38,081 nt of DNA from an uncultured Candidatus Saccharibacteria bacterium (GCA_964416665.1 CAYQFA010000001.1:1-38081); one strand, 5' to 3'; shown: positions 8,286 to 17,175, numbered from the stretch's first letter. Program-made: numbers and translations. The notes: generated from the letters alone by a model not told the origin.

Positions 8286-9584
8286 ATGAAACGCTATATT
8301 TACATCATTATTGGAATAGTCGTCGCAGCGATCATCGCAATCATTATTTTGTTCTTTTTGAAAGGAGGTTCGGCGCTGTCCGGGCTTCTGCCGGCAAGCA
8401 TCACTGGTTCTCTTCCCTCTGTTGGTACACAGGGCAGCAACGGCTCAGGAGGAACAACGGGGTTTGGTTCCTCGACAACAGGCGGAACGATCGGCTCAAT
8501 TGGACAAAGCGGTCTCGTAAAAAGTTTCAACATTGTCTCGAATGGCCCGATTCTGGATTACTTTGTTGATACGCAGGGTAAAATTACTGCCATTCAACCA
8601 TCGGGCGAAGTAATCACGGTCTCAGGAAACCAGTCCTCAACGATCAGCTCGAACCAGATCGGCGGAATCATATCCGCAAGTTTTTCTTATGACGGCAAAA
8701 AGATCTTGGTCAGTTTCGGCGACCCAAGCGACCCAGAAGCCGCCGTGTTTGATGTCACAAGCAGCACGTGGACAGCCCTTCCCCAGGGACTGTTCTCGCC
8801 GCAGTGGTCCCCCTCAAACTATCAAATAGCATTCCTTAATGAGTACGGCTCCGGGGTCGCGGTGTTAGACACCATAGATGCGACGAATCCCAATAAGCCC
8901 GGCGTGACGGCACTGCTCTCTCTGAACGCTACCGACCTTTCGTTGCAGTGGATCTCCAAAAACCAGTTTGTCCTGTCCGATAAGCCGAGCGTACAAACAA
9001 CGGGATCGTCGTGGCTTTATAACAGCCAATCGAAAACATTGGTGCCAATCGAGTATGAGATGCTTGGCCCTGAGAGTGTTTGGGATGAATCGGCAACAAC
9101 AACCCTTGGGTTGGCCTATTTTGAAACTTCGAACAGTCAAAGATTAAAGCTCCAACTGGTAGATGCCAGCGGGAACGACGTTCACGATCTAAGCTTCCTC
9201 ACGCTGCCGACAAAGTGTCTTTTCAATGACCAAACGTCAACGGTCGCCCTCGCCACCACCACGTCGGCCCTCGCCACAACAACCGCCAGCTCTTCACCTG
9301 CGGTAGCAGCATCAACAGTCACCTCTACCCCATTCCTTTACTGCGGGGTGCCCTCCGACCCGAACCAACTTTCTTCCGCCCAGCTTCCTGACGATTATAA
9401 CGATGGCGCGCTGTTTACTTCCGACGAAATAATAAAGCTTAATGCGGACACCGGAGCTCTCAGCACGCTTTGGAATGATTCGACGCAAAACGTCGATGCC
9501 ACCGATCTGAAATTCTTCAACAATTCGTTGTTCCTGATCAACCGCTACGATCAAAAACTTTATTCGCTGACATTCGCGCAATAA
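8286..9584 (+). CDS. N-terminally membrane-anchored extracytoplasmic protein, possible TolB/PD40-like beta-propeller
   Basis: One N-terminal TM helix (YIYIIIGIVVAAIIAIIILFF) and a G/S/T linker. A PD40-like segment is present (FSPQWSPSNYQIAFLNE). This is the last gene of the operon. Confidence 0.55.
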   Translation: MKRYIYIIIGIVVAAIIAIIILFFLKGGSALSGLLPASITGSLPSVGTQGSNGSGGTTGFGSSTTGGTIGSIGQSGLVKSFNIVSNGPILDYFVDTQGKITAIQPSGEVITVSGNQSSTISSNQIGGIISASFSYDGKKILVSFGDPSDPEAAVFDVTSSTWTALPQGLFSPQWSPSNYQIAFLNEYGSGVAVLDTIDATNPNKPGVTALLSLNATDLSLQWISKNQFVLSDKPSVQTTGSSWLYNSQSKTLVPIEYEMLGPESVWDESATTTLGLAYFETSNSQRLKLQLVDASGNDVHDLSFLTLPTKCLFNDQTSTVALATTTSALATTTASSSPAVAASTVTSTPFLYCGVPSDPNQLSSAQLPDDYNDGALFTSDEIIKLNADTGALSTLWNDSTQNVDATDLKFFNNSLFLINRYDQKLYSLTFAQ

Positions 9585-9620
9585 AAAACACCACGGGATA
9601 ACTATCCCGTGGTGTTTTTT
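9583..9620. terminator. bidirectional rho-independent terminator between convergent genes
   Basis: AAAAAA-CACCACGGGATA-ac-TATCCCGTGGTG-TTTTTT: a 12-bp perfect stem flanked by an A-run and a T-run. It overlaps both stop codons. Confidence 0.8.
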
Positions 9621-10056
9621 ATTCGCCGATCGGCATCACGATAACATATCGTTCCTTGCCTTCTCCTGAACTTTCAGTTTTCACGTCTGGGTGAATAGCG
9701 AGCTCAACGTGCACGATCCTCCGCTCGTAGGAATTCATCGCGGGAAGAGAAACTTTTTGCTTGGTGCTTGACGCTTTCTTTGCCGCGGCCTTTGCAAGCG
9801 CAGCGATCAAAACCTCCCGCTCATGGCGATAATTATTGATATCAATAAAAATGCTCTCTTGCTGCTGTTTCTTCGCTACCATCTGTAAAAGATGGTTCAT
9901 CGCCTCCACTATCGCCGGTAGGTTTTCTTTGAGCAAAGCCTGGTCTTCGTAAATAAATATAAGGCCCTTTTTCTCCTCTGGTTTTATCTCGACGCGGTAG
10001 TCCTTGAAGCCGATGAGATTTAATATTGTTTTAATAAATGTCTCAACGTTGTCCAT
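9619..10056 (-). CDS. jag: Jag/KhpB-type R3H RNA-binding protein
   Basis: C-terminal R3H motif (NSYERRIVHVELAIHPDVKTES). Sits in the conserved position downstream of yidC. ATG at 10056 is preferred over the TTG at 10092. Confidence 0.75.
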   Translation of the reverse strand: MDNVETFIKTILNLIGFKDYRVEIKPEEKKGLIFIYEDQALLKENLPAIVEAMNHLLQMVAKKQQQESIFIDINNYRHEREVLIAALAKAAAKKASSTKQKVSLPAMNSYERRIVHVELAIHPDVKTESSGEGKERYVIVMPIGE

Positions 10057-10156
10057 GGCGATAACTATTCCACACTCTCGCGCTAAAATCAAGCGCTCCC
10101 TTATTTTTGGGCTGAATCGCGCGGATAATAAAGACTGGAAAAGGCAGAGCTATTCG

Positions 10157-10867
10157 TTAAGCGCCGTATTTTTTCTGCAGGTGCTGGTTGATAAAATATT
10201 GTTGAACCACTGAAAAAAGCGATGAGATCAGCCAATAGAGACCTATCGCTGAGGGCAGATTGTAGAAAATAAGGATGGTGATAAGAGGAGCGACGAACGC
10301 CATCTGGCGGGCTATTTTCTCGGCAGCGGAAGGCGTACTGCCGGCAGGCGCGCGATATATGGCAAGGCGCGCCTGGAAATATTGGGCGAGCGCCGCCAAT
10401 AGAATAAGGATTATATTGGGTTTTGTCAGGTTGACAAGGCCAAGGAAAAGCCCGTTGATGGTCTGTGGTTGGGGGATGAAGGAATAGAGGTTGCTGAATT
10501 GCGCGACGCCGAACCCCGAGCGCACCACCCAATAGAAAGCGAGCATGATCGGGATCTGAATGACAAGAAGGATAATGCTGGAAAATGGATTGACCCCGTG
10601 CTCTTTGTAAAGCTCCATGAGCGCCTGCGACTGTTTCTGCATGTCGTCCTTGTGCATCTCCTGGATCTTTTTCACCTTCGGCTGGATGCGCTGCATCATC
10701 ATCTGTTGCTTCGCGCCGGTATGAAAAAGCGGATAGAGAATAAAACGGATGAGGAGGGTTGTTAAAATAATTGCGATACCAAGATCGTGCCACGCAAAAT
10801 TCTCATAAAAAAAGATCAGAATATTGAAGATCGGGCGATAAAATATCTGTTGGTAGAGATAGACCAT
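10157..10867 (-). CDS. yidC: YidC/Oxa1-family membrane protein insertase
   Basis: 236-aa polytopic protein of short YidC type (…MQRIQPKVKKIQEMHKDD…LYKEHGVNPF…). Lies in rnpA-yidC-jag synteny. Confidence 0.85.
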   Translation of the reverse strand: MVYLYQQIFYRPIFNILIFFYENFAWHDLGIAIILTTLLIRFILYPLFHTGAKQQMMMQRIQPKVKKIQEMHKDDMQKQSQALMELYKEHGVNPFSSIILLVIQIPIMLAFYWVVRSGFGVAQFSNLYSFIPQPQTINGLFLGLVNLTKPNIILILLAALAQYFQARLAIYRAPAGSTPSAAEKIARQMAFVAPLITILIFYNLPSAIGLYWLISSLFSVVQQYFINQHLQKKYGA

Positions 10868-10879
10868 GGTTTTGTTAAA

Positions 10880-11197
10880 TTATAAACGGATGGTTGCTGC
10901 TGCCTTGGTGAGCGCCCGACGAAACTCTTGCTTTGTGAGTTCGTTGACCTTGGGAAAAAAGATGATCAAGAAATCATTACCCGGCATAATAAGGTCGGCG
11001 GACACCATCTTTGCCTGGCGACGCCAAAAATTCCTTTTTACCGCACTTTTATGCACCGCCTTTCCCACAATAACTCCCACTCTCCTTTTTTGAAGATTAT
11101 TCCTCTTTGCCCGAAGCGAGAAATAGGGAGTTCGCGCGAACTTAAACATTCGCGACTCAAACTCCTTTTTTGGTAAACGATTGGGGATTTGGGACAT
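10880..11197 (-). CDS. rnpA: ribonuclease P protein component
   Basis: 105 aa and basic, with KAVHKSAVKRNFWRRQAK (RNR-type motif). Sits between rpmH and yidC. Confidence 0.8.
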   Translation of the reverse strand: MSQIPNRLPKKEFESRMFKFARTPYFSLRAKRNNLQKRRVGVIVGKAVHKSAVKRNFWRRQAKMVSADLIMPGNDFLIIFFPKVNELTKQEFRRALTKAAATIRL

Positions 11198-11214
11198 AAA
11201 AGCCCTGCCGACAA

Positions 11215-11349
11215 TTAAACGGCGAGCTTCTTTCTGCCTTTTGCTCTCCGACGAGCAAGCACGCGCCGTCCAGTAGGAGTCGCTTGGCGGGTAAGGAATC
11301 CGTGCGTCCGCGCACGTTTCTTTTTCTTCGGATTATACGTTGTCGACAT
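11215..11349 (-). CDS. rpmH: 50S ribosomal protein L34
   Basis: Hand translation gives [44 protein letters not shown] (44 aa, too short for the ORF track). This is the canonical L34 sequence and position. Confidence 0.9.
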   Translation of the reverse strand: MSTTYNPKKKKRARTHGFLTRQATPTGRRVLARRRAKGRKKLAV

Positions 11350-11519
11350 GCCTTAGATGGTATCATATACATCACCAAAAGCAAATTTTATGAGTTGTTC
11401 ACAGGTAATCCCCAAAGATGAAATATTTGCCTCTTTGACTTGTTGGGTGTAAGAGTTAATAATGAATTCACAAACGCAGCGTGGTTCGGTCCCGAATAAA
11501 TTTTATGAGATTTTAATCA

Positions 11520-12872
11520 ATGGATCTTGAACAAATGTGGCAGTCAACGCTGGGGGAGATGGAGATTCAGCTTTCGCGTGCAAATTTTGCCACCTGGCTT
11601 AAAAACAGCCATCTCGTGGATAAAAAAGATGACACTCTCGTCGTTGCCCTTCCCAATAACTTCACAAAGGTTTGGGTCGAGGATAAGTATCAGAAAAATA
11701 TTCTTGGCATCATAAGGGGTTTGGATGGTTCGGTAAAAAAACTTGAATTCGTCGTCCACAACAAGGCGACCGAGCCATTGAAGGCCGCTGCGGCGCCAAA
11801 AGAGGCGCCGAAGGCCGACCTTATTGACCTGGATTTCAAAACGGATCCTGAGACAGGCCTCAATCCTAAATACACCCTCTCCTCATTTGTCGTCGGGCCT
11901 TCAAATGAATTGGCGTATGCCGCCGCGACTGCCATTACTGAGGAAATTGGGAAGAAATATAATCCTTTCTTTGTTTATGGCGGCGTCGGCTTGGGAAAAA
12001 CCCATCTTATCCAGGGCATCGGCAACGAGATCGTCGCAAAGTACCACAAAAAAGTCCGTCCTAAATATGTTTCTTCTGAACAATTTACCCGTGACATTGT
12101 TTGGGGCATCCGCAACGGGCGCATAGAGGATATAAAAAAGAAATATCGCGATGTTGATGTGCTCATTATCGACGACATCCAGTTTATTGGTGGCAAAGAC
12201 AAGACCGAAGAGGAATTCTTCCACACATTTAACGCACTTTATGAGAACAACAAGCAGATTATCATCTCGTCCGACCGGCCGCCACAATCCCTGCCAACCC
12301 TCGAGGAACGCCTCCGTTCGCGTTTTGAGGGTGGCTTGATAGCCGATGTGGCGTATCCCGAATTTGAGATGCGCGTAGCGATCATTAAGAGCAAACTCCA
12401 GGATATGAATAAACAATTAAGCGATCCTGTTATCAACCTTCTTGCTAAAAAACTAAGAAAGAATATTCGCGAACTCGAGGGGGTGTTGAAAAAGATCATT
12501 TTTTATCAAGAGCGCAAACAAACCGAGATAACCGAGAAAATCGCCGAGGAAATCATAGAGAAAGCGACCCAAAATCTCACCAAGAAGGTGAATGATGCCC
12601 AAATTCTCAACGCCGTCGCCGAATTTTTCAACATCACCATCGACGATCTTCTTAGCCACAACCGAAGGAAGGAGGTTGTTCAGCCGCGGCAGATCGCCAT
12701 CTATCTTCTTCGGGATATCTCGGATCTTTCCTATCCGTATATTGGTGAAAAGCTGGGGAGAGATCACACCACCGCCATCCATTCCTACGAAAAGATCAAC
12801 CATGAAATAAACAGAAATCCAGGACTTAACCAGAAGATATTAATGATCAAGGACATAATTTACAAGAGTTAA
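11520..12872 (+). CDS. dnaA: chromosomal replication initiator DnaA
   Basis: Walker A GGVGLGKTHL, Walker B LIIDDIQF, and the C-terminal DNA-binding helix (RDHTTAIHSYEKI). Confidence 0.97.
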   Translation: MDLEQMWQSTLGEMEIQLSRANFATWLKNSHLVDKKDDTLVVALPNNFTKVWVEDKYQKNILGIIRGLDGSVKKLEFVVHNKATEPLKAAAAPKEAPKADLIDLDFKTDPETGLNPKYTLSSFVVGPSNELAYAAATAITEEIGKKYNPFFVYGGVGLGKTHLIQGIGNEIVAKYHKKVRPKYVSSEQFTRDIVWGIRNGRIEDIKKKYRDVDVLIIDDIQFIGGKDKTEEEFFHTFNALYENNKQIIISSDRPPQSLPTLEERLRSRFEGGLIADVAYPEFEMRVAIIKSKLQDMNKQLSDPVINLLAKKLRKNIRELEGVLKKIIFYQERKQTEITEKIAEEIIEKATQNLTKKVNDAQILNAVAEFFNITIDDLLSHNRRKEVVQPRQIAIYLLRDISDLSYPYIGEKLGRDHTTAIHSYEKINHEINRNPGLNQKILMIKDIIYKS

Positions 12873-13006
12873 TACCGTGTTTTTCCACAAGACGAACCGA
12901 TTATAAAGTAGGTGAAAGCTGAATTCTTAATGAATTATCCCCAGAAAAGCGATTCCTAATAGTAATATCAACAATAAGTATTTATATATAAAATATAATT
13001 AAGACT
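12873..13006. other. candidate oriC (dnaA-dnaN spacer)
   Basis: TTTTCCACA at 12881-12889 and TTATCCCCA at 12935-12943 are each one mismatch from the TTATCCACA DnaA box. An AT-rich tract at 12961-13000 (agtaatatcaacaataagtatttatatataaaatataatt) could be a DNA unwinding element (DUE). Confidence 0.5.
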
Positions 13007-14119
13007 ATGAAATTCATCGCACTCCGTTCAAATATCAAAGAAGCTATTTCTCTTATTGAAAAGGCGGTTGGAGAAAACAGCAACCTCCCTATTTTAAAAA
13101 ATATCCTTATTGAAGCGAAGGATGGTGCGATAGTGTTCAGTGCCACCAACTTGGAAATTGCCATCAGCCACAAGGTGATGGGAAAGGTGATCGAGGAAGG
13201 GAAGGTTTCCCCTCCATTAGCCCTCTTTTCCAACCTTATTGCCAATATTCCCACCGACCGCTTGAATTTTGAGACCAAAGAGAACGATCTTGAAATTGCA
13301 ACCGACAATTATAGCGCCGTCATCCATGGATTATCACCAGAGGACTTTCCATTGACGCCGACCGTTAAAAATCAAAGCCGCTACCTGGAAATCAAAGGGG
13401 TTTTCCTTAAAGAAGCCATCCAACAAACCATTGTTGCCTCCCAATTTTCCGACATCCGCCCGGAGCTTAATACCATCCTTTTTGAATTTTCGCTTGAAAA
13501 ACTTATCCTCGCCGCCACCGACGGGTTTCGTCTCGCTGAAAAATCAATTCCTTCAAGCGTCTTTACTTCGTCGCAAAAGGAGCCGTTCAAGATGTTGGTT
13601 CCCCTTAAGACCAGCGTGGAGATGTCTCGTATTGTGAAAGACGAGGATGTGGTGCGCATTTTTTGGGACGAAAACCAGATTCTCATAAAGACCGAAACCA
13701 CCGAGCTGATCTCACGGCTCATTGAGGGCGCCTTCCCCGACTATTCATCTATTGTCCCGCACGAGTTCGATGCGGAGATCGTGGTCAACCACGAGGAGTT
13801 TGTCGGCGCCATTAAGCTTGCCGGTGTCTTTGGGCAAAAAAATAGCGAGATCAAAATAAAGATCCACTCGAACAAAAAAGCGATCGAGATAAGTTCTGCA
13901 GACCAATCGCTTGGCGAAAACAATCACATCCTTCCCGCAAAAATAAAAGGAGAGAGCGAGGAGGTGTTTTTCAACTGGAGATATCTTGGCGATTCGATGA
14001 AGGGGATAAGAACCGAGGATGTCTTTTTGGGTTTCCAAAACGAGGCCGGGCCGGCGCTCATCCGTTCTACCACTGATGGCTCGTATTTTTATATTCTCAA
14101 ACCGATCTTGAAGTCCTAG
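13007..14119 (+). CDS. dnaN: DNA polymerase III beta sliding clamp
   Basis: 370 aa starting MKFIALRSNIKEAISLIEKAVG…, with three-domain length. Lies immediately downstream of dnaA. Confidence 0.95.
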   Translation: MKFIALRSNIKEAISLIEKAVGENSNLPILKNILIEAKDGAIVFSATNLEIAISHKVMGKVIEEGKVSPPLALFSNLIANIPTDRLNFETKENDLEIATDNYSAVIHGLSPEDFPLTPTVKNQSRYLEIKGVFLKEAIQQTIVASQFSDIRPELNTILFEFSLEKLILAATDGFRLAEKSIPSSVFTSSQKEPFKMLVPLKTSVEMSRIVKDEDVVRIFWDENQILIKTETTELISRLIEGAFPDYSSIVPHEFDAEIVVNHEEFVGAIKLAGVFGQKNSEIKIKIHSNKKAIEISSADQSLGENNHILPAKIKGESEEVFFNWRYLGDSMKGIRTEDVFLGFQNEAGPALIRSTTDGSYFYILKPILKS

Positions 14120-16254
14120 GGGTTCACGTTTGCCGGCGTGCTCACCGACGATCCGTTGGCCGCCCACCAGTTTTGCACGCCCACTTCCCAGTCGTGAAAC
14201 TGCGGATCCGAGGCCGGGTTTGTGGGCACAGGGCCCGTGGGATTGTTTTTATCAACATAGTAGAGGATTGTGTGCACTTGATTATTAATGAGATAGTCGC
14301 CGTCCAAGATTGGTTTCGTTTGTGTTGTGGGATTTGGTGGTGTGAAGGTTGTGTTGGGAACTTCCGGCAACGCCTGGGTCATGAACGCGCTCCACATCGG
14401 GACGGCGGCGAGAATACTCGATCCCGCTTTTTGCATCGGCGTATTGTCGTTGTTCCCCGCCCAGACGCCGACGACGAGTGATGGCGTGTACCCCATGGCC
14501 CACGCATCGCGGTAGTCGTTGGACGTTCCTGTTTTGAGCGCCACATCATAGCCCGGAAACACCGTGAGATTCTGGCTTGCTCCCATGAGCGGCGCCCTTG
14601 CGGCCGCGTCAGAGAGGATGTCGCTGACGAGCCGCACCGATTGTGCGTCAGCAACCTGCGACGACTGGTCCTGATATGACTCGAGTGTGGTGCCATTCGC
14701 GTCCTGTACCTGTAGGATCATGCTTTGGTTATGTTTCACACCATCGTCCGCAAGCACCGAATAGGCCTCCGTGAGATCGATAAGATGGACCGCACCACCG
14801 CCAAGCACCAGCGACAAGCCATAGTTCGACGGCTTGCCGAACGTGGTTATGCCGAAATTGGTCATGTTTTGGATCGCATTTTGCTCCCCAACGAGATAGA
14901 GCATTTTCACCGCCGGAATGTTCACCGACTGGGCGAGAGCGTCGCGGATGGAAAGCGGCCCCGCGAATGTCCCCTCGAAGTCTTGCGGGTGGAAGCAAGT
15001 TTTGTCTGTTGAGTTGAAGTCGGGGACCGCGGGGCAGGAACTGTCGGTGCTGAATTCGGTCGGAACGTCAAAAAGCACGGTGTCCGGAGTGTAGCCCATT
15101 TGAAAACCGGTCAAATATACGAAAGGTTTGAGGGATGATCCCGGTTGTCGCAGCCCCTGGATCGCCACGTCGAAATTCCCATCATTGCTGGTGTCGAAGT
15201 AATTCGCCGACCCTACAAGGGCGAGTATCTGGCCCGTGGTCGGGTCTTCAGCAACCAACGCTCCGTTATCCGAGTTGTACAGCTGATGGTCGCGCGCCAC
15301 GCCCTCGGCGACGGCGGTCTCCGCTTGTTGTTGAAGGCTCCAATTGAGCGTCGTGATGACCTTCAGCCCGCCGCGGTCAACGATGTTCTCGCCATATTTT
15401 TGGACAAGGTAGTTCTCGACCGCAGTGACGAAGTGCGGGGCTCTTATGCCGTCGCCGGTCTCGGATTGCGGCTGGAAAATGATCTTATAATTAAGCGCGG
15501 CATTCAATTGAGCCTTGGTGATCTTCCCGGTGGCGTACATTTTTTGGAGCACGAGCCGTTGCCGCGTGAGGAGTTCGCTTACATTGCTTCCCCACGGGGA
15601 ATAATATGTCGGTGCCTGGGGGAGTGCGGCGAGTACGGCGCTCTGGGCGATGTTAAGATTTTGCACCGGCACACCGAAATAATCCTCACTTGCCTCTTCG
15701 ACGCCCGAGATGGTCGGTCCGTAAGGCGCCTCATTCAAATAAAGCCCAAGGATCTCGTCTTTTGAATAATATTCGTTCAATTTTACCGCGAGGATGAACT
15801 CTTTTATTTTTCGGGAGAACGTTTGGTCGAGGGTGAGGAATGCGGTTCTGGCGAGCTGCTGGGTGATTGTGGAGCCGCCTTCCGCGAGGGAGTGTGTGGT
15901 GATGTCAACATAGAGCGCGCGCAGAATTCCCTTTATGTCGAACGCCGGTTCGTTATAAAAATTTTGGTCCTCAATGGCGAGCGTCGCGTCCTTAAGCGAC
16001 TGGGGAATCTGGTCGAAGGGAACCACCGTCCGCTTTTGGCCGCTATTGACGTCGTAAAGAAGGACGGTCCCCGTGCGATCGTATATCTTCGTGGATTGGC
16101 TTATTTGTTGGTTTGATATTTCCTGGATCGACGGGATGGTGGTTGAAAAATACAACACTGCGACGAACAGGATGATAAAAAGAGAGGCAACCACCACTCC
16201 CGTTATTTGCAGGAATTTGATGATCTGCTTTTTTCGCTTTGTTTCCAGGGCCAT
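14116..16254 (-). CDS. class A penicillin-binding protein (transglycosylase/transpeptidase, PBP1A family)
   Basis: N-terminal TM helix. Glycosyltransferase motifs EDQNFYNE, GGSTITQQLAR and RKIKE. Transpeptidase motifs SSLKP (SxxK) and KTGTSND. Confidence 0.9.
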   Translation of the reverse strand: MALETKRKKQIIKFLQITGVVVASLFIILFVAVLYFSTTIPSIQEISNQQISQSTKIYDRTGTVLLYDVNSGQKRTVVPFDQIPQSLKDATLAIEDQNFYNEPAFDIKGILRALYVDITTHSLAEGGSTITQQLARTAFLTLDQTFSRKIKEFILAVKLNEYYSKDEILGLYLNEAPYGPTISGVEEASEDYFGVPVQNLNIAQSAVLAALPQAPTYYSPWGSNVSELLTRQRLVLQKMYATGKITKAQLNAALNYKIIFQPQSETGDGIRAPHFVTAVENYLVQKYGENIVDRGGLKVITTLNWSLQQQAETAVAEGVARDHQLYNSDNGALVAEDPTTGQILALVGSANYFDTSNDGNFDVAIQGLRQPGSSLKPFVYLTGFQMGYTPDTVLFDVPTEFSTDSSCPAVPDFNSTDKTCFHPQDFEGTFAGPLSIRDALAQSVNIPAVKMLYLVGEQNAIQNMTNFGITTFGKPSNYGLSLVLGGGAVHLIDLTEAYSVLADDGVKHNQSMILQVQDANGTTLESYQDQSSQVADAQSVRLVSDILSDAAARAPLMGASQNLTVFPGYDVALKTGTSNDYRDAWAMGYTPSLVVGVWAGNNDNTPMQKAGSSILAAVPMWSAFMTQALPEVPNTTFTPPNPTTQTKPILDGDYLINNQVHTILYYVDKNNPTGPVPTNPASDPQFHDWEVGVQNWWAANGSSVSTPANVNP

Positions 16255-16311
16255 GTTCCATTATTTTACCTCCTCCGGGGCGTTTTTAATAGAATGGATT
16301 GTGCGATAAAT

Positions 16312-16339
16312 AAAAAACACCGCCGAAGCGGTGTTTTTT
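16312..16339. terminator. rho-independent terminator (A-run / ACACCGC-cgaa-GCGGTGT / T-run)
   Basis: 7-bp GC-rich stem with a tetraloop, and U-runs on both strands. On the minus strand it lies 19 nt after the stop of the acidic ORF and upstream of the PBP gene. Confidence 0.7.
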
Positions 16340-16357
16340 GCGAACAAGCGGGTTTTA

Positions 16358-16543
16358 CTATTCCTGTTCTTCCTCCCCGGTATCGACGGCGGGGCTATCA
16401 TCAATTGACGACTCATCGTCATCATCTTCCTCGTCGGTATCTTTCTCTTCGTCGGTGTCATCATCAACTGCCGCATCGTCATCGTCGTCTTCGTCGCTCA
16501 ACGCGCGGAAGGTGAGTTTTGTTTCTAATAGATCAGTTGCCAT
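16358..16543 (-). CDS. hyper-acidic 61-aa protein (hypothetical)
   Basis: The sequence MATDLLETKLTFRALSDEDDDDDAAVDDDTDEEKDTDEEDDDDESSIDDSPAVDTGEEEQE has 31 D/E and 3 K/R by my count. It is flanked by its own promoter and terminator on the minus strand. The Shine-Dalgarno sequence is weak. Confidence 0.45.
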   Translation of the reverse strand: MATDLLETKLTFRALSDEDDDDDAAVDDDTDEEKDTDEEDDDDESSIDDSPAVDTGEEEQE

Positions 16544-16585
16544 GATTGCTAGTATTTAACGACCTTTTGTTTTTTATTTTCAACC

Positions 16586-16613
16586 AGTATATTGTATCAT
16601 CGCGCGCTGTCAA
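16586..16613 (-). promoter_or_regulatory. sigma70-type promoter TTGACA-16 nt-TATACT (minus strand)
   Basis: The minus strand reads ggggTTGACAgcgcgcgatgatacaaTATACTggttg. It lies about 40 nt upstream of the acidic ORF's ATG. Confidence 0.6.
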
Positions 16614-16626
16614 CCCCTACCGTTGC

Positions 16627-16635
16627 TGTGGATAA
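16627..16635. promoter_or_regulatory. perfect DnaA box (TGTGGATAA)
   Basis: Exact reverse complement of TTATCCACA. It lies 1 nt from the ruvC stop and 13 nt upstream of the -35 element above. Confidence 0.5.
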
Positions 16636-16636
16636 T

Positions 16637-17104
16637 TCAATAGCGCTCGCCCGAGCAAAAAATGGCGAGCGCAAGCGCGTCGCTCGCGTCGTCGATCACT
16701 TTTAGGTCTTTTTTGCCGAGAATGAGCCGCACCATTTTGAGCACCGCTTTTTTATCGGCAAAGCCGTACCCTGTCACCCCCAATTTCACTTCATTCGGAG
16801 TGTATTCTTTTATGTCGACGCGGCACTCCTTTGCGGCAAGGAGCACGACGCCGCGCGCCTGGGCGACCGCGATGGCCGTTTTTTGGTTCTTTGCGAAAAA
16901 TATCTTTTCTATGGCCACGACGTCGGGTTTGTGTTTCTTGATAAGGCGGTCGATCTCGTTTTTCGTCTCTTCGAGTGCGGAGATGTCGTCTTTTGTTTTG
17001 ATATTGAAAATCCCCGCGGCAACATATTTCGCCGTTCCGCGCTCCGAATCCACCACGCCATAGCCGATCCTTCTACTTCCCGGGTCAATACCAAGAGCTA
17101 TCAT
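16637..17104 (-). CDS. ruvC: crossover junction endodeoxyribonuclease RuvC
   Basis: MIALGIDPGSRRIGYGVV… (catalytic Asp motif). 155 aa with a RuvC-type C-terminus (DDASDALALAI). Confidence 0.92.
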   Translation of the reverse strand: MIALGIDPGSRRIGYGVVDSERGTAKYVAAGIFNIKTKDDISALEETKNEIDRLIKKHKPDVVAIEKIFFAKNQKTAIAVAQARGVVLLAAKECRVDIKEYTPNEVKLGVTGYGFADKKAVLKMVRLILGKKDLKVIDDASDALALAIFCSGERY

Positions 17105-17175
17105 AAGGCGATTAATATTTTTATAGCGCGCTTCATAGTGTTTGTTATGCCGTTAGTATATCGCCTTGCGTGGGC

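Noticed and set aside
11350-11519. The rpmH-dnaA spacer as the oriC location.
   Set aside because: Only weak DnaA-box-like sequences are present (ttgttcaca at 11395-11403 with 2 mismatches, and aattcaca near 11465). There is no pronounced AT-rich unwinding tract. The dnaA-dnaN spacer is the better candidate, although a bipartite origin cannot be excluded.
16338-16559. Plus-strand Ser-rich ORF mirroring the acidic ORF.
   Set aside because: It would start inside the terminator hairpin and has no promoter on the plus strand. The minus strand has a TTGACA-16-TATACT promoter and a downstream terminator.
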